The position numbers and the translations under genes were made by a program. From positions 1 through 10,277 of the forward strand of contig JAWBON010000041.1 of assembly GCA_038826135.1 (NCBI GenBank): a stretch of 10,277 nucleotides of DNA. Reading direction: 5' to 3'. Positions 1 through 6,359 of this stretch are shown here, one piece after another (position 1 is the first letter of the stretch; the number at the start of each line of letters is the position of its first letter). Source of the DNA: Candidatus Odinarchaeota archaeon (GTDB lineage Archaea; Asgardarchaeota; Odinarchaeia; Odinarchaeales; Odinarchaeaceae). Below the pieces are notes generated by a model that did no database searches, was not told the origin of the DNA, and was given only the letters and a program-made list of their open reading frames with translations.

Positions 1-1
1 A

Positions 2-73
2 GGTAAAGCTGACCCGGATATTCTGAATAAGCTTATTAGGAAAAGGCTTAGCGAAATACCTGAAACATTATAA
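2..73 (+). CDS. gatB: 3' end (partial) of a probable Asp/Glu-tRNA amidotransferase subunit B (GatB; GatE less likely)
   Basis: Manual translation of frame 2 gives GKADPDILNKLIRKRLSEIPETL*, with stop TAA at 71-73. GKADPxxxNxL is the typical C-terminal GatB/YqeY helix motif. Only 23 residues are visible. Confidence 0.6.
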   Translation, partial: GKADPDILNKLIRKRLSEIPETL

Positions 74-118
74 CACTCCTAGGTAACCTTAAAAATTAAT
101 AATAATAATTTATTACTG

Positions 119-874
119 GTGATTTTTTTGGAGCGCGAGGTTGAGATTAACGAGAACGCTAAGATACCTGAATCCCCTATAATTCTTCTAGGGTTACCGG
201 ATACTGGTCTTGTAGGTGTTATAGCTACTGCTCACATATTAGAGATTAATAAACCGAAGTATTTAGGTTCAATCGACTCTATATATTTCCCTCCAATGAT
301 CGTCATCCATAACGGGGAGATAATGGCTCCTGTTAGAATATACGGTCAAGGCAGCATAGTATCACTTATATCCGAGATCACTTTACCCGTGAACGGTATG
401 GATAAGATTGTAGATGCCATAGTATCCTGGTTGCAGGAGAAAAAACCACGCCTCGTCCTTTTCCTAGGTGGTATACCCGCCCCTAACAGGATGGAGCTTG
501 AAAGATCAACCTGCTACGCTGTGCCTACAAGCTCTGAACTTGTTAAACAAGTAGAAGAGTTGAATATACCCCGGCTGCTAGAGGGTTTAATGGTTGGACC
601 GTACGCTCTTCTGTTAAAAGAGTGTAAAAAGAAGGGGATTCCCTCTATAGCTCTTTTAAGCGAATCATATGCTAATTACCCTGATCCAGGTGCAGCTGCC
701 TCTGTGATAGAAACACTGAATAAAATAATTGATTTAAATGTTGAAATTGAAAGTTTACTGAAGAAAGCTGATGAGATTAGAATAAATATGAGAGATTTAA
801 TGAGACGGACCGCTAAAGAGATGAAGCAAGCTGAAAAATCCAGGGAATATGAGCTACCTCCACTATATATGTAG
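119..874 (+). CDS. PAC2-family proteasome assembly chaperone / PbaB-like proteasome activator
   Basis: Motifs IILLGLPDTGLVGVIAT, YLGSIDSIYFPP, LVLFLGG, MVGPYALLL, YPDPGAAA and a helical C-terminus ending LYM (HbYX). GGTGA at 118-122 could be the RBS for an in-frame TTG at 128-130, which may be the true start. Confidence 0.9.
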   Translation: MIFLEREVEINENAKIPESPIILLGLPDTGLVGVIATAHILEINKPKYLGSIDSIYFPPMIVIHNGEIMAPVRIYGQGSIVSLISEITLPVNGMDKIVDAIVSWLQEKKPRLVLFLGGIPAPNRMELERSTCYAVPTSSELVKQVEELNIPRLLEGLMVGPYALLLKECKKKGIPSIALLSESYANYPDPGAAASVIETLNKIIDLNVEIESLLKKADEIRINMRDLMRRTAKEMKQAEKSREYELPPLYM

Positions 875-876
875 GG

Positions 877-1335
877 GTGTTAGACGTGTCTAATGATGAA
901 TATTATGGTTTAGATGAATACATTGATAAGATTTTACAGAGACTGAGAAGACAGATGGATAGAGCTCTCCCGCTAGCTGATTTATCAATGGAATCCAGCT
1001 GGGATATTGAAGAAGGATGTATGGAGCCCCTCTTCCAGTTACAGGAGAAAGAGAATGAGATTGTTGTAAGCGCTGATCTCCCCTTAGTTAAGAAGGAAAG
1101 CATTAAAATAAAAGCTGATGAGCAGACAGTTGAAATATCGGCTGAGACTGTTAAAGAAATAGCGTTCGATAAATGGTGGGCTTCTCAGCGTAAAAAAGCA
1201 TTCTGTCGTTTCCATAAGAAAATAACTTTACCAACTAAAATAATACCTGAAGAGGCGAAAGCCTGTTTTAAAAACGGTATACTTATATTAACTCTTCCAA
1301 AGAAGAAGCGCGTTTTTGAAATAAAAGTTGAGTAA
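877..1335 (+). CDS. Small heat-shock protein (Hsp20/alpha-crystallin family)
   Basis: Alpha-crystallin core EIVVSADLPLVKKESIKI...FHKKITLPTKIIPEEAKACFKNGILILTLPK and C-terminal I-x-V (IKVE). It starts 2 nt after the PAC2 stop. AGGGGTG at 873-879 may be the RBS for an in-frame GTG at 886. Confidence 0.9.
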   Translation: MLDVSNDEYYGLDEYIDKILQRLRRQMDRALPLADLSMESSWDIEEGCMEPLFQLQEKENEIVVSADLPLVKKESIKIKADEQTVEISAETVKEIAFDKWWASQRKKAFCRFHKKITLPTKIIPEEAKACFKNGILILTLPKKKRVFEIKVE

Positions 1336-1344
1336 AACAATATT

Positions 1345-1410
1345 ACATTTTAAGAAAAACTAAAAATAAATAAAAGATTTGGAAAGGGTTAAAAACCCCG
1401 TTTTAACGGT
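1345..1410 (-). terminator. Putative terminator region between convergent hsp20 and aor
   Basis: After the aor stop the minus strand reads a short stem CCGT-TAAA-ACGG, then GGTTTTT, AACCCTTTCC and T-rich TCTTTTATTTATTTTT. Confidence 0.4.
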
Positions 1411-3270
1411 TTAAAGTTTATCTAAGCCTAATTCCTTGAGTTTTTCCTCTGATGGTATGCCCTTCGGCCAGCCTTTAACTTTGAAGTACTCTTCTCTCAT
1501 CTCTTTCAAAGGCGGTACTAAGCCAGCCGCTCCACCAGCTTTTCTAGCTGTGAAGAATCTCTTCGGTAGCCAGTAGTCTCTCTCCGGGACTAGACCGTGC
1601 TTTATATTGAACATGTTCATTAATGTGACTATTCTCTCACCGACTTTAAGCAGATCCTGTGGGGTCATATTCCACCCTGTGACAGCGTTAGTTAAATTCG
1701 TTATTCTTGTGAAATTATATCCTGAAAACTCGTAGAAGAAGCAGAATACTAGTGAGTTAGCTACAGCCATTCTATCCTGGTATTTCGCAGCTGCAAGACC
1801 CTTCAGTTTAGTGTCGTGTGGATCCATAGGCTTACTTAATTGAGGTCCAGCTTCAGGGAAGGTGACTCCCAACTCTATAGCTTCTGGGAAGCCGTGCAGG
1901 TGGCTCGCACCCTTCATAGAAGTCGCTGTCTCAACAGCCATAGACATGAATGCGCGTGGATCATGTGCTGGTACCACTGCGCCGTTGACGTGAAGCGCCA
2001 GATCAGGGCAGCCTAGTTTTTCACCAGCAGGTCTTACACCTTCACCTAGTAAGGTTGGTATTTTACCTTTTCTATGAGCTATGTCTTCTAAGAGTCTTAG
2101 CATGGCATCCCCGTCACCCCATTTAAGCTCGTAGCCTAGGTCGGCCTTCTTGATATAGCCTTTCTCATAAGCTTCCATCGCAAAAGCGCAGACTCCACCG
2201 AACTCTATGGTGTCGATACTGTACCTGTTACATAACTCGTTCGCTTTGTTTATCGCTAGAAGGTTATCTATCAAGCAGTCTGATCCAATCATTGCCAGTG
2301 TCTCATATTCAGGACCGTAGCTGTCCATAGCGTATTTTTCAGGTGTCTTCATGGTCACTCTTCTATGGCATCCCATTATACAATTTGAACACGCGTCTGG
2401 TTTAGGTTTAAGAACCTTGTTGAATTCACCGCCAGCTGAACCTATTTTCTTAGCGCCCTCAATCCAACGGGACTCTAAGAAGTTTTTAATCGGCAGCAGA
2501 CCGTTTTCCTCTCTAGGTATCACAGCCATAGCCTGGCCCTCTTCACGGTTAGCTTTAGTGAAATCCGCTTTCTTAGCGTCTTCAGTAGCTTCTTTTCTAA
2601 GCTGAGCAAGCTCATCCGGTCTCGCTATTGGGACCTTCTTAGTTCCTCTGAAGGCTAAAGCTTTCAGTTTCTTTGAACCCATGACAGCTCCCATGCCTGT
2701 TCTACCAGCACAGCCGTGCCCGTAGTTGCAGATTAGACCAGCGTATCTTACAAGGTTCTCTGCAGCAGGCCCTATGGGCGCTACTTGTATTTTATCATCT
2801 TTCAACTCTTTTTTTATAGCATCCTCAGTCTGGTAGGCGTCTAGTTTACCCCACATGTGAGAAGCGTCTTTAATCTCAGCTTTACCATCGCTTACAAACA
2901 CATAGACCGGCTTAGCCGACTTACCTTTAACAACTATTGCGTCAAACCCTGTTTTCTTAAATTCCTCAGAGTTATAGCCCCCTCCTAAAGACTCCCCGAA
3001 TATACCTGTTAAAGGAGACTTCGCGCATGCTGAAAAACGTCCACTTCCAAGTATAGCGGAACCACCCTGCCATGGACCTGTTGCGAAAACGAACACATTA
3101 TCCGGTCCGAGTGGATCAGCACCCGCAGGGATCTCCTTATACATTATATAGGCTGCTAACCCTGTTCCGCCCAGAAACTTCTTGTACACATCCTCAGGGA
3201 TATCTCTGGTTTTAATTTTATGGTTTGTAAGATCTACTTCAAGTATCTTTCCCCAATATCCACCAGCCAT
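1411..3270 (-). CDS. aor: Tungsten-containing aldehyde:ferredoxin oxidoreductase (AOR family)
   Basis: 619 aa with GYWGKILEVDL, FLGGTGLA, KSPLTG, AGRTGMGAVMGSKKLKA, a [4Fe-4S] cysteine set C294-x2-C297-x3-C301 plus C510, GPEYET, HDPR and GASH. RBS GGGAGGT lies 6 nt before the ATG. The exact AOR subfamily and substrate are not determinable. Confidence 0.92.
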   Translation of the reverse strand: MAGGYWGKILEVDLTNHKIKTRDIPEDVYKKFLGGTGLAAYIMYKEIPAGADPLGPDNVFVFATGPWQGGSAILGSGRFSACAKSPLTGIFGESLGGGYNSEEFKKTGFDAIVVKGKSAKPVYVFVSDGKAEIKDASHMWGKLDAYQTEDAIKKELKDDKIQVAPIGPAAENLVRYAGLICNYGHGCAGRTGMGAVMGSKKLKALAFRGTKKVPIARPDELAQLRKEATEDAKKADFTKANREEGQAMAVIPREENGLLPIKNFLESRWIEGAKKIGSAGGEFNKVLKPKPDACSNCIMGCHRRVTMKTPEKYAMDSYGPEYETLAMIGSDCLIDNLLAINKANELCNRYSIDTIEFGGVCAFAMEAYEKGYIKKADLGYELKWGDGDAMLRLLEDIAHRKGKIPTLLGEGVRPAGEKLGCPDLALHVNGAVVPAHDPRAFMSMAVETATSMKGASHLHGFPEAIELGVTFPEAGPQLSKPMDPHDTKLKGLAAAKYQDRMAVANSLVFCFFYEFSGYNFTRITNLTNAVTGWNMTPQDLLKVGERIVTLMNMFNIKHGLVPERDYWLPKRFFTARKAGGAAGLVPPLKEMREEYFKVKGWPKGIPSEEKLKELGLDKL

Positions 3271-3323
3271 AGTTTAACCTCCCGCCGATTAATCGAACGG
3301 TAAATATAATTTTATTATTAATT

Positions 3324-3340
3324 ATATATATATGTTTTTG
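3324..3340 (-). promoter_or_regulatory. Putative BRE + TATA promoter of aor
   Basis: Minus strand reads CAAAAAC-ATATATATAT about 55 nt upstream of the aor ATG. The region is very AT-rich, so placement is uncertain. Confidence 0.45.
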
Positions 3341-3415
3341 TAAAAAAATTACTTAAACATACATATATTTAATTTTTTAAACTAATCTCTAAATGATTAA
3401 AATATACATTCCGTG

Positions 3416-3432
3416 TTAAAAACTTTTAAATA
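3416..3432 (+). promoter_or_regulatory. Putative BRE + TATA promoter of the class-III PLP enzyme gene
   Basis: A-rich TTAAAAAC followed by TTTAAATA (3425-3432), about 55 nt before ATG 3486. Confidence 0.5.
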
Positions 3433-3476
3433 ATACTTATCCTAGTAAATAATATTTGCCTAAATAATTTTTAAAG

Positions 3477-4838
3477 GTGAGATTTATGGTGAAAATGACA
3501 ACAGAGCAAGCTATCGAAAAATCTAAGAAATGGTGCCTTCACGGCTGGGGTTTCATACCCATAGCTGTAGAATCTGCTAAAGGAGCTATATTCAAAGACT
3601 TGAATGGAAAGGAATACTTAGATTTCCTATCTCAGACCGCGGGCGTCCTAGGTATAGGTCACACACATCCGAAAATGGTTGCAGCTGTTAAAGAACAGCT
3701 TGAAAAAATACAGCACGTTCTGACAGGGTTCGTTATTCCAAGTCGTGCTGAATTCGGTGAGAAACTCGCCGCTGTAGCTCCACCCCCGCTGACAAACAAT
3801 TGCATGATGTATATTGCATGCGGTGGGTCAGAGGCTAACGAGACTGCGTTAAAAATGGCGATGTTAATAACCGGTAAGAAAGAGGTTATATCACAATATC
3901 ACGCATACCACGGTGGAACACTTGCTTTAATGGGCTTGTTAGCGCAAGCACCGCATAGAAAAGGCTTCCTAAGATACCCTGGTTTCCACAACATACCTGC
4001 TACCCCCTACTGTTACAGATGTTATCAAGGTAAAAAATACCCTGACTGCGATCATGAGTGTGCAAGACAGTTAGAATACCACTTAAAGTGGGGTGTTGAA
4101 GAAGACTCTGTAGCCGCGTTCATACAGGAACCGATAACTGGTAACGGCGGTCACATGGGTCCGAACGACAACAATCATAAGAAGGAACCTGATAAAGTAT
4201 ATCACAAAATAATCAGAGAAACATGTAACAAATACAATGTGCTATATATAAGCGATGAAGTCCAGTGTGGTATGGGTAGAATGGGTAAGAACTGGGGCTG
4301 CATGGTTTACGACATGAAACCGGACATATTCACAACAGCTAAAGCCCTAGGTGGAGGCCTGCCTGTTTCAGCAGCGGTAATCCGCAAAGACCTTGTACCT
4401 GAGAAAATGAAGGAAGCCCAGTGGCATATATTCACTATGGGTGGCAGTCCGATAACAATGGCTGCCGGCATAGCAGCGCTAGACGTTTTAGTTGAAGAGA
4501 GACTGGCTGAAAAAGCTAAGACTCAGGGCGAGAGAATGTACAAGGTTCTGAAAGAATGGGAGAACACTCACAAAATAGTCGGCGAAGTCCGCGGTGAGGG
4601 CTTATTCATCGGAATAGAGCTTGTAAAAGACAAGAAATCTAAGGAGAAAGCTATAGACGCGGCTGGCGCGGTCTTCTCAAAATGCTTAGAGAAAGGTCTA
4701 CTGCTAGGTGTCTCCGCAGTAGGCGGATGGGGTAACGTATTGAAACTAAAGCCTCCTCTAGCAATACCCAACGATCAGGCTGACAAAGGTCTGGCTATAA
4801 TAGAGGAAGCGATCAAAGAAGTCGCGAAGAACATGTAA
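3477..4838 (+). CDS. Class-III PLP-dependent enzyme (aminotransferase-III fold); possibly a phospho-lyase rather than a transaminase
   Basis: Motifs GKEYLDF, GSEANETALKMA, YHAYHGGT, FIQEPITG, ISDEVQCGMGRMG and PDIFTTAKALGGG (PLP lysine K289). The C-terminal NVLKLKPP replaces the usual NVIRxxPP. The likely start is ATG 3486, with RBS AGGTGA at 3475-3480. Confidence 0.9.
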   Translation: MRFMVKMTTEQAIEKSKKWCLHGWGFIPIAVESAKGAIFKDLNGKEYLDFLSQTAGVLGIGHTHPKMVAAVKEQLEKIQHVLTGFVIPSRAEFGEKLAAVAPPPLTNNCMMYIACGGSEANETALKMAMLITGKKEVISQYHAYHGGTLALMGLLAQAPHRKGFLRYPGFHNIPATPYCYRCYQGKKYPDCDHECARQLEYHLKWGVEEDSVAAFIQEPITGNGGHMGPNDNNHKKEPDKVYHKIIRETCNKYNVLYISDEVQCGMGRMGKNWGCMVYDMKPDIFTTAKALGGGLPVSAAVIRKDLVPEKMKEAQWHIFTMGGSPITMAAGIAALDVLVEERLAEKAKTQGERMYKVLKEWENTHKIVGEVRGEGLFIGIELVKDKKSKEKAIDAAGAVFSKCLEKGLLLGVSAVGGWGNVLKLKPPLAIPNDQADKGLAIIEEAIKEVAKNM

Positions 4839-4843
4839 ACAAT

Positions 4844-4859
4844 CCCCTCTATTTTTTTT
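4844..4859 (+). terminator. Oligo-T terminator of the class-III PLP enzyme gene
   Basis: CCCCTCTA-T8, 5 nt after the stop codon. Confidence 0.6.
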
Positions 4860-4974
4860 AAATTTTAATCTATTTTTCAATTTATTTAGAAAAGTAAATA
4901 TTAAAACAAGTTTTCCACTTATCGAGGAGATGTTAACCTAGAGTTTTCTGTAAACTTTTAATAATAAAAATTAT

Positions 4975-4990
4975 AAAAAAATAGAGAGAA
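4975..4990 (-). terminator. Oligo-T terminator of the gldA-like gene
   Basis: Minus strand TTCTCTCTA-T7, 3 nt after the stop codon. Confidence 0.6.
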
Positions 4991-4993
4991 ATT

Positions 4994-6118
4994 TTAATGT
5001 TCGCAACCGCACTTCTCATGGTATTCTGTACCGATAGCATCAGTTGCTAAAATAGCATCTTTAACCAGCTGAGGTGTTATATTCAGCGGCATATTGCCCA
5101 TCGTGTCATGTGGATCGCATGCTTTCTCAGCTGCTTTCATAAGATCGTTTTCACTGACAGCCCCTATACCGAGCTCTTTTAATGTTATCGGTAGACCCAG
5201 CTCATGCACCCAGCTGACGATACTCTCCACCTCTTCAGGAGCTCTGCCTTCAAGTATCAGTTGAGTTATAGTACAGTAAGCTACAAGTTGACCATGCTCC
5301 ACGTGGAGGCCTGGCACGATTGTTAAACCGTTATGTGTAGCATGAGCTGCAGCTAGACCTGAGCTTTCGAATCCGAGGCAGCTTAGTAATTTAACAGATT
5401 CAATTATTTTCTCTACAGCTGGTGTAAGCAACTGTTTTTTAGCATCCTTCGCTGCCTGTACACCGTAAGTCATGAGGTTTTCGAAGCATAAATGTGTTAA
5501 AGCCACAGCGGCTGCGGTTGATCTTCCTCCTGGTATATTTTTAGCATTCGGTTGAGCTGCGCACGCGTCAGCTTCGAACATACAAGCTAAAGCGTCCCCC
5601 ATACCCCATGTTATAAATTGAGGAGGCGCTTTCGCTAATATCTCTGAATCCACTAAAACTAGGTCAGGGTTCTTTGGATGGAATAAGTATTCGACAAACT
5701 GGTGTTTCTCCGTATATACTACTGATAAACCGCTCGCATCAGCGTTAGTCGCGCACTGTGTTGGCACTGTTACAACACTAGCTTTCATCTTAACAGCTAC
5801 CGCTTTAGCTGTATCCGCTGATTTACCGCCGCCGATTCCAATAACTATGTCGGCTTTGGACTCTTTTCCGATAGATACGAGTTTATTTATCGTGTCATGG
5901 GTGCACTCTTTAACAGTTGGGTCTTTGTGAACAACTTCCACACCGTTCTTTTTTAGACTTTCAGTGATTATATCCCCTGTCACTTTCATAGCTGTAGGGC
6001 CGCCGAATATCACGGCTCTCTTACCTAGTAGTTTAACCTGTTCCCCTATCTTATATATTGCTCCACGGCCTTGAACATATCTGCTTGGAGATACGAGTAT
6101 TTTCGGCACTTCGACCAT
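4994..6118 (-). CDS. gldA: Glycerol dehydrogenase-family (GldA-like) metal-dependent alcohol dehydrogenase
   Basis: Motifs SPSRYVQGRGA, GIGGGKSADTAKA, VPT, GMGDAL (D175), ESSGLAAAHATHNGLT (H259) and HG (H275); the metal ligands are spaced as in GldA. RBS GAGGTG lies 7 nt before the ATG. The substrate-site motif deviates, so the symbol denotes family rather than proven function. Confidence 0.8.
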   Translation of the reverse strand: MVEVPKILVSPSRYVQGRGAIYKIGEQVKLLGKRAVIFGGPTAMKVTGDIITESLKKNGVEVVHKDPTVKECTHDTINKLVSIGKESKADIVIGIGGGKSADTAKAVAVKMKASVVTVPTQCATNADASGLSVVYTEKHQFVEYLFHPKNPDLVLVDSEILAKAPPQFITWGMGDALACMFEADACAAQPNAKNIPGGRSTAAAVALTHLCFENLMTYGVQAAKDAKKQLLTPAVEKIIESVKLLSCLGFESSGLAAAHATHNGLTIVPGLHVEHGQLVAYCTITQLILEGRAPEEVESIVSWVHELGLPITLKELGIGAVSENDLMKAAEKACDPHDTMGNMPLNITPQLVKDAILATDAIGTEYHEKCGCEH

Positions 6119-6216
6119 TTAGTCACACCTCTTTTTTATTAGATTCAGCCCGGGATCTTCATTTTAAATAATTTTTAAGCCGTTTTTTCAGATCCCTTAA
6201 TTAACCTTATTTATTG

Positions 6217-6226
6217 TTATATATAA
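6217..6226 (-). promoter_or_regulatory. Putative TATA box of the gldA-like gene
   Basis: TTATATATAA preceded on the minus strand by AAAGCAACAA; this implies a leader of roughly 75-80 nt. Confidence 0.4.
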
Positions 6227-6254
6227 TTGTTGCTTTAATTTTACAGCGATAATA

Positions 6255-6284
6255 TATTTTTTATAATAAATATTATAAAAAATA
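6255..6284. repeat. Perfect 14-bp inverted repeat with a 2-nt spacer in the divergent gldA/permease promoter region
   Basis: TATTTTTTATAATA-AA-TATTATAAAAAATA, read directly from the sequence. Confidence 0.85.
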
Positions 6285-6290
6285 AAAATA

Positions 6291-6308
6291 ACCAAAACTA
6301 TTTATATC
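6291..6308 (+). promoter_or_regulatory. Putative BRE + TATA promoter of the APC permease
   Basis: ACCAAAACTA followed by TTTATATC (6301-6308), about 55 nt upstream of ATG 6360. Confidence 0.5.
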
Positions 6309-6359
6309 ACCGAATCTAAAGTAATAAATTAAAATCTCTAAAATTAGGAGAAACCTAGA

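Noticed and set aside
95-115. AAT trinucleotide run upstream of PAC2, and the (TA)n run at 3323-3333
   Set aside because: Low-complexity promoter DNA; too short to call a repeat element.
903-1103. 66-aa minus-strand ORF
   Set aside because: Antisense shadow inside hsp20; no recognisable motif.
2351-2605. 84-aa plus-strand ORF
   Set aside because: Antisense shadow inside aor.
4568-4771. 67-aa minus-strand ORF
   Set aside because: Antisense shadow inside the class-III PLP gene.
4925-4941. GAGGAG followed by ATG TTA ACC TAG in the convergent spacer
   Set aside because: The ORF is three codons and the SD-like sequence abuts the ATG; no support for a peptide or sRNA.
6305-6321. TATCAC half-site resembling the Thermococcales glycolytic motif (TATCAC-N5-GTGATA)
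   Set aside because: The second half-site is absent.
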